Below are positions 50,792 to 61,598 of a stretch of 64,000 nucleotides of DNA, one piece after another (the stretch's first letter is position 1; the number at the start of each line of letters is the position of its first letter). Both the position numbers and the translations under genes were made by a program. The notes below the pieces were generated by a model that was not told the origin of the DNA, did not search any database, and saw nothing but the letters and a program-made list of their open reading frames with translations. This DNA is from Vitrella brassicaformis CCMP3155 (taxonomy: Eukaryota; Protista; Chromerida). The DNA is taken from contig CDMY01000553.1 in the NCBI GenBank assembly GCA_001179505.1, positions 186,001-250,000 on the forward strand, written 5' to 3'.

Positions 50792-51716
50792 GTGACGCGA
50801 CACCGCTGTCGCCAGCAGGGCAGCAAGTGTGGGTAATTAGTGTGGGTGGGAGTTGTTGGACTGACGGACTGTCTGGTTAATGCTGTCGTGCCGCGGGGAA
50901 AGACTGGGAGCATCGCACCGCCTATCCCTCCATCGCATTGATTCATTGATTCATACGCTGCCTGGCTGCCTGGCCGGCTGATCGATCGCATGATGTGTGT
51001 CTTGTCTCATGTTGATGTCTGGTCTGTCTGTCTCGTGGCGGCCCCGGGAGATGCGTTTGTCGGTCTACCCGCGCCTTTCTACCTACCTGTCTGTCTGGCT
51101 TCCTAGATGCGACGTGACGTAATGTGTGCCGTGTAGAGACTCCTGCCTGACTCCTGGAGGGATGGGTGCATAGTCGAGTCGTGGTGTGCAAAGATGGCGT
51201 GTGAGGTGACCTCGCCGCATTCGTCCTTCCAGCAAACAAGTAATACAACTTTGAGCCACAAAGACGTCCACGTGCGACACACACATGGGCGCAAAGGTCT
51301 CATGAACTAAATGACCACGTGAATCGTCCGACGCGTCCACTCCCACCCCTGCCCTGCAGTCAGTCTGTAATTGGTCCCTCCCTCCCTCCCTCCCTCCCTC
51401 AGCACCACACGTGCACGCCAAACACGCACACTCGAGTCTTGTAGCGGATTGCATGCCTGCTGGACAGGGATGGCAAGGAGGAAGGAAAAGACAGACACGC
51501 ACAAGTCAGCCACCCACCGCAAAAAGCAGCTAGAGCGCCAGGATGCGGCGCAAAGCAAAAAGATCGACATCACATACACACCGATTTACACATCACGAGG
51601 CGCCATCGACTAAGGGGAGAGGACGACGTGACGAATTGACATTGGCATGAGATTGTGACATATGCGACGCGTACAACCATATCATCCTATATATCGACCG
51701 ACCAGCAGTCATCCCA

Positions 51717-53896
51717 TCACCGCCTGTGCGTGACATACTTCCTGCTGTCGTCCAGGTCCTCCCCCTCGACATACATCCACCTGGCATTAGACCGCCGCCG
51801 CTTCGCCCGCTCCGCCTCGACCAGCATGGCGTATGAGTCGCCCTCCGTGCTGGGTGGCCAGTCGTTGAGGGGCGCCCGCTCACACATGACCCCGCTGTAG
51901 CAATCCAGGAAGCTCGTGCCACAGCCTCTCGCTTCTACCACATGCGACCACAACTTGCACTGAATGTCGCAAGCCAAACAACAGAGGGAGGGGACAATGA
52001 CGGCATTGTGTGTGGGCTTCGTGTGTGGACAGTAGGGCGGCGTGTGTCGGTCAGCTCACCTCGGTGCTGATGAATGTGTCGACTGAAGGTGCCCTGCGTC
52101 CCTCGACACTGAAGGCCTGGCACCGCTCCCTGCCGCCCTCCCCGTCCATGTCGCTGCACAGCCGCTGACACTGCAGGTAGGCCGGGCTCAGGTCATGGAT
52201 CTCAGCCGCTGATAACGTTATCGAATCCTCGCCAATCAATACACCTTCACGATCACACAGAGAGAGACACATGGAGAGAAGGGATGGCGGTTGGGAGCCT
52301 CACCTTCGTATGTGACGGACACCTTGTGGTTGACCTTGGCCTCTTCCGCGAAGCGTCCCCCTTTGCCCCATCGCTTGCACTCTGCTTCGGTGGCGTTGGC
52401 GGCCGAAGGGCTCAGACACTTGCAGTAACGCGTCAGCTCTTCGCCAGCAGCCTCTGCCACACAACACAACACAACACAATACACAGCCCGCATGTCGCTG
52501 CGCACCACATGCTGCTTGCTGCCATGCTTGCAGCTTACGGGAGCGTCTTGTGCAAAGTGACGGCTTGCCGCCCACCACCGCCCCACTGTCGTCGGCCACT
52601 GTGATCTTCTCCAAGTCGGGCGCCTCCCCCTTCAGACGACAGCCTTGTCCGGGTGCGTAGGCGAAGGACAGGCACTTGGTTGTGGAGTCGCAGAAGGACG
52701 CGCACTGGGCTACGTTGGTGATCTTGGAGAGGATCTCGATATCCACGTGCTCTGCGGGCAGGTCGGCGGCAGTGGTGTTGACGCCGTACGTCCAGCAACC
52801 AGCTGATGGAGGGAGGCCACACACAACACAACACAACACAACACAACACATGAGCCGCTTCGCTCGTGTGGGTTTGCTTGGTGTGTGGCGTGGAGTAAAG
52901 TGGGGTGAGGAGGTGTGCTCACCTCCCTTGATGCAGTTGACCGAGTTCACGCCTCCATGCACCACTTTGGAGTTCATGACGACGTCCTTGGTGGCGATGA
53001 TGGGGTCGCCCTTGGCCGTGCCCTTGAGCGTACAGTTTCTGGGGTCCTCGGTGAAGGTCCACCGCAGACACTGTGGGTCGGCTCGGCAGGCGAACATGCA
53101 GTCACGTGGACTGGCCGCCGCGGTGGCCTCGTCTGTGGCGGGTCGCGTGTTGCCCTTGAAGTCTATCATGCCCCAAGTCCAGCAGTCCTCTGATTGCGCC
53201 AGGTCCGTGTCGATCTGGATGGCGGGGTCCTCCTTCGGCAGAGGGGTGTCGTCATCGTCATCCTCGTCTTCGTCCTCGTACACGATGCTCTGACCAGAAC
53301 AGGCAGCGGGTGTACGGCTGTGTGTATGTCTGTGCATGAGGTTTGGTACTGTACCTTTGGTAGCTCGTATTTCTTGGGGTCGTATACGTACGTGGTGTTG
53401 AGAGGAATGTCCAGGTCATCGTAGTTCTCCTCCTCCTGTCACCACACAACATCCACCCACACACACGGCAAGACCAGTCAGCTCGGCAGTGTGGCTCAGC
53501 TCTCTTCTCCAGGCTGAGGCCTCCTACCTTGTCATAGTCGTAGTCTGCTGGCCGCTCCCTGCCGCCCTGCATCGGCCTCACCTTCTTCGGCTGCTGTGCA
53601 GTGGTGCCATTCTTGGCCTTCTCGTCAGTCTCCTTGTAGTCGGCCTCGTAGCCGTCCTTCTTCTTGCTGCCCTCAGTCTCAGCCTGGCTGCCCAAGAGGG
53701 GCTCGTCGTGCTCGACGTCGGCCTTCTCTTTGTCCCCTATGGCCTGCAGCTTGGCGTTGACAGCTTTCTGACGCAGCACGCGACCCTCGGGAGATTCGAC
53801 ATCGGCGTTCCGCAGGAGGCCGTCAGCAGCCAAGGCGGGGGAAAGGAGCAGAGGGGACAGGGTGACCAGGCACTCGAGGACTCTCATCGGCTTCAT
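51717..53896 (-). CDS. Secreted PAN/apple-domain protein (microneme-adhesin-like) with acidic pro-region
   Basis: Signal peptide MKPMRVLECLVTLSPLLLSPALA. Apple modules CWTWGMIDFKG...DCMFACRADPQCLRWTF...CTLK and CWTYGVN...QCASFCDSTTKCLSFAY...CRLK, plus a third degenerate CQRLC...CQAFS. Confidence 0.85.
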
Positions 53897-54220
53897 CGCC
53901 TTCCTTTCGGCAGCGCGTCCAAAATTGAAGTACAGCGCTGGTTGCAGCGCCGCATTATTTCCTCCGACGATGTAATATGAAATTGTTTGTCTGAAGCCCC
54001 TTGCAACGCATCCAATGCACCCTATCGACAACCCTGCCCCAGCACATAAGTGCTATTTCCCTTGCTCGTCTGGACTGCTCAGGTACTGCTGCATAACGTG
54101 TCCGAGGATCCACGGACGCTCGTGACTCGAATAAGACAGCCCAGCACCTCCATCAGTCGCTGCCGTGGGCCCCTTCTTCTTGTCATCCGACCGCCTGAAG
54201 GATGCACACACACATGGCGG

Positions 54221-55620
54221 CTACAGCTGCACGCCATCTCGTGTGACCCACCCTTGGTGGTTGCTATCGTGGCCAAGGACCGTCAGATGGTCCACCCTCC
54301 GCTGCAGCACGCCGCTCCTCAGCTGAAAGGATAGCGAACAAGGGCCGCCGTCGGCATCAGAGGACTCGTCAAACATCACACGACTCCTGCAAACAAACAC
54401 AGCAGAGGGAATGAGGACCGTCACCCAGTAACCTCAGCCTGTCCTTGTTTTTTTGTGTACCTGTAGAAGCGCTCGATTTGCTGCTCGTCGCCCCTTGCGA
54501 CGACGTCACGGCAGTCCAGATGGAATGAAGGGGCGATCGGCAGCTTCCCACCCAACCTACCAGCCCAACCACCGACCACCACACAAACACACAGGCAGGA
54601 TCAGACACATCGATTTGCCACTGTGTGTGCATGAGCGAGGATCACCATGAGTCGTGGAAACCGCCCAGCCGCTGGTACTTGTCCATGAGCCACGAAAGGC
54701 CACACACAGCGAAGTGGAGGATGCACGGCCCATCCCGAAACGAGCTGTCATACACAGGCCGCCCTCCCCGACCCTCGCCATTCTCCGTCGCGGCCGGCCC
54801 CCCTCCCGCGGCCAGTGCCCGCAGGTCGGCGAACGTCGAGCCCCATCGAGGCGAAGAGCCACCCGTAGAGGGCGGCAGTGCCCACCGATGCACATCCCTC
54901 GCCCTCAAGCCCGGCACCACCCTCGCTGCCGACTTGCCGTTGTCGTAAAAGGCAAAGTACTGCCCACGGCCAAGCCTCTCCACCCACCAGTGCATCGCCC
55001 GCCTCGCCTCGTGTGTGAAGGGGACATGCGATGGGTGTGTGCGGAAGAGGGAAACGGCAGCAAAGTAGTCCTGACAGTCGATTGAGGTGGGGACGCCCTC
55101 GTGGTTGGCGTAGGTCATCTGATGATAGCCATTGCCAGTGAGGGCCTGGAAGTGCGGCTTCACTGACGGCTCCTCAGTGTAAAACAGTTCGTCGCTGTCG
55201 ATGTGCAGCAACCAGTCCATCCCATCCGCTGAAGCCACCACGGCCGCATAAGAGGCGTTCAGCATCTGACGGGCAACAACCTTAAACACAGAAGACAAGA
55301 AACGCATCAGCGTGAATGCATGACGCATCCCTTGCCTCGGCAGAACTTAAGCGCACCTCCGTGTGATGGATGTCCTTGAGCCGAGAGAAGAGGTCGCAAC
55401 ATTCAGCCATGATGTCCCTTTCCAGCTGCTCGCCTCTCTCAAACACCCGCAGCCCGTCACACTGGCACTGCCGCGCCACCTCTCGTGCCGCCCAGTCGTG
55501 GGGATCATCGATGAAGAGGTAGATCTTGGCGAATTCCTTGGCCAGATGGTAGCGGATGAAGGAGCGCAGAGGGGCGGCGGTGCTGCCGAAGGCAGCTGTC
55601 GTCACGATGGCCACTCTCAT
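54221..55620 (-). CDS. KOBITO1-like GT-A glycosyltransferase (Glyco_tranf_2_4-like)
   Basis: FIRYHL...IYLFIDDP, DWLLHIDSDEL (DxD motif), YFAFYDNGKSAARVVPGLRARDVHRW (as recalled, plant KOB1 has YFLTYGNGKSAAR...GAHRW) and CILHF. Confidence 0.8.
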
Positions 55621-56105
55621 ACCACAGCCTAAAGACGCCTTCTTCTCGCCGTCGAGAATCCGAGACAACCCCACAAACCCTGTCTTTTTCTCCCAGCATC
55701 TGAAGCGTGCATGTGCACGTGGGTCTCCGTCTTAAGCATGGGTTTCCCTTTGCGGTCGGCTTCCCATCGCCTTTGCGCCCTCCGTCACCTGACGGCTTGG
55801 TATCGCCACTCCGGCACAACCCGGCGGCCGCAGCGGCAGCAGCGGGGTGCATCCAGCCCCCACAGGTCGACCGAGGCAACAAGTGCGCTGACGGTGTGTG
55901 TGGGTCCAGTTGAAGGGCGGGTATCGCGCGCCGCAGTGGGGCACCAAGTAAGGATCGATAACAACAAGCAGACGATCGGGATACCTTTATTGTTCCTTCC
56001 TTTCCTTGGCTGTCTGTCTGTCTGTCTGCGTCTTGCGCGTATCCAGGTACGAGAAGTGTTCGCCGTTTGGCTATGCGGCCGCCGCGCAGATGGATGTTTG
56101 ATGGC

Positions 56106-56677
56106 ATGTCGATGCACTTGGCCAGGGAAGAGCCGCCGAAGTGCAAAAGTAAGACACAAAGGGATGGTTGAGACGTGAGGCACACGAGTACATATCTCCC
56201 CTGCTGTGCTGTTTTAGGACTCCGCCATATGCTGCAGCTGCAGCTGCTGCGGCCGCCATCCCCGGTACCCCACCATCCCGCCACACCCAATCAGATGGTC
56301 CCGTGCTGGTGGCTACTCCCAACGGCGCCAGGCCGCTCACTCCCCACGACGGCCGTCCGTCAGCGCAGCCCCCCACCCCAGCTGCCGCAAGAGACCGCCC
56401 AGGCTCCCTCTGTGCTGTGCTGGTGGTGACTCGCCACAGAGTCAGGCTGGTGACTCCGCAAGGCGTCAGACGAGAGGAGGGCGGCTCTTTGCCGCCCAAC
56501 CACCCACCCCAGCTGCAAGAGCCCGCCCCCCTGCTCTTCTGGGACCGCAAGCGTCTCCAGCGCGTGCCGCCGCTGAAGGGGAATGAGGGATTCTCGGAAG
56601 ATACGGACAGCTCCCGCGCCAAGCGCCGACAGCGCCACAGGAGCCATCGCCATCGCAGCCGGCCCCACCACCACTAG
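56106..56677 (+). CDS. Possible short Pro/Ala/His-rich low-complexity protein
   Basis: ATG 56106, a GT-AG intron at 56149-56217 and an open GC-rich frame ending RHRSHRHRSRPHHH*. Frames are not fully resolved. Confidence 0.3.
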
Positions 56678-56791
56678 CGCCACCAGCACCACCATCGCAT
56701 GAGGGGCAGCAGGAGGCACCATCACCACCACTAACACCACCAGCCCGTCCCACACACCCCTGCACCCCCGCTCCTCGAGCGGGAGGAAGTA

Positions 56792-58650
56792 TGGGTAGAT
56801 GCTTCCACCCCCTGAGATCGCCGCCTCCATTTTATATTTGCCAGTCAGTTTGTGTTGGGCTGACGGACATTCCTGCGTGCCGTGCCTGTCAGTGTGCTGT
56901 GAGGACCCCTGTGTCTCTTTGTCGTTGAATATCCACATGACGTGTCTCGCTTCCCGCTGACTGTCAGTGACCCTTTGACACACTCGACGGCCAAACCCCT
57001 CCCCCGACCTCTGCGGTATCACAAACAGAGGGACAGACATCGACCCAGCCGCCGACAGACAACACGGCCCACACTGATAAATGGTAACCCACCCACAACA
57101 CCCACAACTACCAAAGTGCCCCCCCTCCAAATCCCACGGCAGCGCCACACGAGGGATCTTCAGCTGTCATCTCGCCTCTCATCGCCCCTGGTCGCGTGGA
57201 AGTATTGGGGCAGCTCTGACTCGCGAGTGGGTGTGGGCGGGCCGCTCGCCACATTGGGCTGGCTGGGCGGCCGATCGAAGGGCATCGCTGACGCGCTCTC
57301 CGTCTCGTAATACAACGGGGCCACCTCACTGAACAAATGAGAGGACGGACAACACGACAATGGGAGATGTGCAGAGGGTGTGTGTGGACTGAGGTGTGGG
57401 TTACAAGCTGACCGCTCTTGGCGCTTGATGAAGTTATCCGTCACCCAATACTGCAGACAGACAGACACAGACACAGAGAGAGAGAGGGCTGGGTCGGTGA
57501 TCGCCCCTCTGACCTCTGCCATTTTGTGCCGTTTGCCTGGAATGCGTTCATAATGAGTGGCGTCAGCACCATCACCACCACGAGCTTCCCCTTGGGCAGC
57601 CCATCCAGCGGAGATAACAACGTGTCGGCCAGCCAACCTGATCATCACACAGACACACACTCGTCAGCCGACCAAGATGCAGTGGCCGCCGTCCCTCTAA
57701 CCGAGCGGTGCGCTGGCGGCGAGCATGAGCATCAGCATGAGCATCTTCATGGCGACAACAATCGCCTCCCACAGCCCCAGCTGACGCAGCCACTTGCGCC
57801 AGTCGACGGACGACAGCAGCGACGGCCCGCCGCCCTCCCCCCGCGCCTCCCCGCCGACCAGCCCCCTCCTCGGCGACAGTGAGTGCTCGTCGGGGGCCGC
57901 CCTGCCGTGAACAAAGAGATCGGACGGCACATCCTGACGCACGTAATTCCCAAACTCCTGTGGCAAACACACACACACACGCACTGGTTAGGAAGTGCTG
58001 TGTGTGCTGCCCGCTCGTGTGTGAGTTACTCTGTCGCCCGAGAGGTGGAGGAGTTTCCTGGCCTGCTGCAGCAGCAGATAGGTGACCAACACACCCAATG
58101 TCGTGTCGACCATTATGTTCACCCAATACCTGCAGCACACAACCACAGCCACAGAGGCCACTGATGCCTCTCTCTCTCTCCGTGTGATGTCCGCTGTCAG
58201 TCCGGCCGCCCACCAGTTGCAGGGGTCATGGTGTGGCTGCCGCGCCAGGCCGGACAGACCCTCAGCAAACAACAGATTCACTGCACACAGGACAACAAAG
58301 GCGCTCACTGATTGGAGATGTCACCACACACAGCCGTCTGTCCACTTACAGAGATGGAGAGTGAGTGCGCCGGCCGCCTGTTTGCTCGAGTCGAGGCCGA
58401 AGACCAGCCAGCTGCGCTTCACACGCTCCTGCACACAACAGCAGCACAGCCCACAGATCAGAGGCCAATGTGCGATGGCGTGTGGACGACTGTGCTGACC
58501 CGCTGCCTCTTGATGATGAGCGATGAGAATGAGATGAGGCCCAGCAGCCCCTGCACCCACCACCCAAAGCTGCCGAACCGACCCAGCAGCTCACACCGCT
58601 CCGAAGTGGCCATGCTGCACTCAAACCGATAGATCTTTCAATCCATCACC
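56792..58650 (-). repeat. Segmental duplication, arm 2 (inverted partner of 36497-38601)
   Basis: Reverse-complement match to arm 1, including introns and 3' flank. Confidence 0.92.
57160..58613 (-). CDS. STIMATE: STIMATE/TMEM110 membrane protein, copy 2 (complete)
   Basis: MATSERCELLGRFG...; same exons and introns as copy 1; stop at 57160. Confidence 0.88.
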
Positions 58651-58755
58651 CTGGCAACCCAGGACGCCTAGGGTGCTCCCTGAAACCACTGCTGCTGAAA
58701 ACTCCTTGCGGCACTTGGGAGGCATTGCGGTCGCCATGCCCCGTTGATTCATCCC

Positions 58756-58765
58756 GCGAGCTCGC
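58756..58765. promoter_or_regulatory. Palindromic GCGAGCTCGC variant of the candidate element
   Basis: Lies between divergent ATGs at 58613 (-) and 58767 (+), immediately before the latter. Confidence 0.35.
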
Positions 58766-58766
58766 C

Positions 58767-61058
58767 ATGTCGGCAGCCGCAGCTGCGGCAGCGACAACAG
58801 GCGGTTCGAAGAAGCGGAAGGCGATTAACGGTGATGCTGTTGACGCGGCAGGCCAGCCAGCTGATGACCACCACCCTCCCACCCCTCAGATCGGCCGTCA
58901 GTCACTCGACAAGGCCATCGCCGCAGCCAGCGCCGCCCTCCTCGCCATCGAGAACGCCGCCCGGACTGCCCGCCAGCAGCTGCAGAGCAAAGCCGAGGCC
59001 ATCAAAGAGCTGATTGAGAGCACAGGCGGCAAACTGGAGCTGACGGGCGGCATCGAGGGGGAGGTGGAGGTCAATGTGGGCGGCCGGGTGGTGTGTGTGT
59101 CGCGCAAGGGGCTGATGCTGGATCAGCTCCGCCGCACCTACTTCGCCCATCTGCTGCTGTACTGCGTGGACGCCCTGCCCCGCGATGAGGAGGGCCGGGC
59201 CTTCCTCGACGCTGATCCAAACTATGTGGACTGGTGAGCGGAGGGGGGAAGTTGGTCGTTTGTTCATTGTGTGTCGTCTCCTTTGTGTGACGAAGACACA
59301 TAAAGGTTGTCTTCATTGAGCTTTGTTTGCTGTCCTTTGCGCTCGTCAGGTTGTCTGACGAGATCTCCATGGTTGAGGGTGCTGACTCCTCAGCTGAGGA
59401 GCACGAGATCAAGCTCGACGATGCACAGAAGGGAGATCCCATATTCGCCTTCTACCACGACCTGTTCCTCACCCAGACCACACTCGAGATCGACACGCCG
59501 TCCGACGACACAGACATGGACGACAGAGAGGCGGGCGAGGGCAACAAGGAGGGCGGCGACGGCCGGGGGGCGACGGGAAGGGGGCAGGGGATAGCAACGG
59601 AGAGGGCGGCGTGATAGATAAGATCAGTGAGTATGTGGAGGGCTATAAGAGGGCAGTGGCGGAGCTAGAGAGCGCGGCGGGCGAGTTGGAGGGGTTCGGC
59701 AGGGCGATGGGGCCATTCCTCCGAGCAGATGACGGCGGCGCCCACGGGGTGAAGACCGTGACCGTCCTGGGCAAGAAGGTGTCGACCACCGAGGCGACGC
59801 TATCGCAGCTCGGCACCGACAACCCTCTCTACAAGCGATTCAGGTCAGAAGGCACCTACCACATAGACATACACTGCGGTTGTATGGACACATGTCGTCT
59901 GTTTTGCGTCTGTGTTATGCAGTGGTGAGATTGTTGGCGACGTCCCCATCCGGCAGACCGCCGTTGAGCACTTTATGAAGGTGACCCGCAGCCACAAACA
60001 CAGAAGCAGAAGGAATGAAGGTGTGTGTGGTGTTGTTTGTCAATGGTCAGGTAGTGGATTTTGCGCGCAGACTGCGGGCAACGAAGAACCGCCCTGGCAG
60101 TGTCGTCAAGCACCCGATAGCCCGCAACATGACTCAGCTCAAGGTGAGTGCAGATAGGTGTGTGTCGGCATTGTCTCGCGCTCTCATCTGTGTGTGTGCA
60201 GAAGGATGTGGAGATGTATGGCCTCAAGATGCAGGACATCTATCGGCCCCCGGCCCCACTGCTCAGCATCGAGGAGACGCAGGAGGTGCTGGCCATGACG
60301 GAGATACCCAACCCCTCGGTCAAACTCCTCTACAGGTAGGCGGAGACAGCCATATGATGATCTCTCACAGCGTCCCTCCCACCCCTCCCCTTTGCTCTCT
60401 GTCAGTGCGACGCGTGACGGTGGTGACTTCGTCACGATGGTGGACAAGGTGGGCGACGCGAGCGGTCTGCTGTTCCTCGTCAACCACAACGACATACACC
60501 GATTCGGCTGCTTCATCGACGGCCAACTCAAACCGCCCGCCGACCCGACCCAGACCAATCGATACCGCGCGCCCCACTTCTTCATCTCGATCAGCGGTGA
60601 CTACGGCAAAGTCACCAAGGTGCCCATCCCCGAGACCAAACAGTGGGTGCATGTCGCCGGCCGCGACGCCTCCATCAAGGCCGGCAATGAGGATTACCGC
60701 GGCAAGGTGGGTGGAGGGGGGCGAATGGGAATAGCACAGCCAGCTATGGGTCAATTCGCATGTCTGTGTGCAGATGACCATTGGCTACGGGTATCTGTGG
60801 CTCTGCGACGGCAGCCCAGGCCCCGCGGATGACGTGCGCAGCATGACTCAGGGGGTCAAGAAGGAGGACCTGCCGGCCGGCTACCTCGGCCAATTCAGCA
60901 CCCATTGCAACGGCACACTGGCGAGCGAACGGAACTTCACCGCGAAGGAGATCGCCATCTATCACGTGAGTAGGTGGGATGGGTGGGGAAGGCAGAGAGA
61001 CGACCGACACGGATGAATTTATGGATGTCTGCGTGCTCTTCAGGTGAAGTCCGGCTGA
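58767..61058 (+). CDS. BTB/POZ(-like) x2 + TLDc domain protein, paralog 2; apparent frameshift near 59565
   Basis: EVEVNVGGRVVCVSRKGL...LPRDEEGRAFLDADPNYVDW, a second BTB-like unit (VTVLGKKVSTTEATL...HFMK|VVDFARR) and TLDc (VKLLY|SATRDG...GLLFLVNHNDIHRFGCF...NFTAKEIAIY). Confidence 0.85.
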
Positions 61059-61450
61059 GTGAGTGAGAAGGGGAGCCAGTGAGACGACAGCAGCGGCAGA
61101 CGTGTATGGCCTCTCACACATGTCGACAGACCGACTTATGTGCTGCTTGGATGGACTGGTGTGCATGGGCGGCTGGACCGTTTGATTCATCTGTGTCTGT
61201 CTGCATGAGTGTCTCAATTTTGATCCACAACCAAATCGAATCCATCACACCTCTCGCTTGAAATGATGCGTCCGCCGCGTTCCTCAACCGTTACGGCAAA
61301 CTTAGCCTGTCACCTCCTGCACATGAAAGACATGAATGCGCGCCGTGAAATCCACCTGCGTGAATTCACAGTCGATGGTGTCGCCTGCAGCACTCGATGC
61401 CGTCGCAGAGAGCATGAGGAACACGACGAACGAAACCGCAGGAGACCTGC

Positions 61451-61458
61451 GCGAGCTT
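61451..61458 (+). promoter_or_regulatory. Candidate promoter element GCGAGCTT
   Basis: About 140 nt upstream of ATG 61599. The context GCGAGCTTGAA is identical to that at 10186. Confidence 0.35.
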
Positions 61459-61598
61459 GAAAGTCGAGACAAAAAGGCGACGCAGTGGGGCGTGACGTTC
61501 TCGCGGTTCAATTGCGTCCTTTTTGGCTGCTTTCGCTCTCCCCTATCGAGTTTCGTTGGTTCCCATCACTCGAACTCTGCATTCGCCCCACAGCACCG

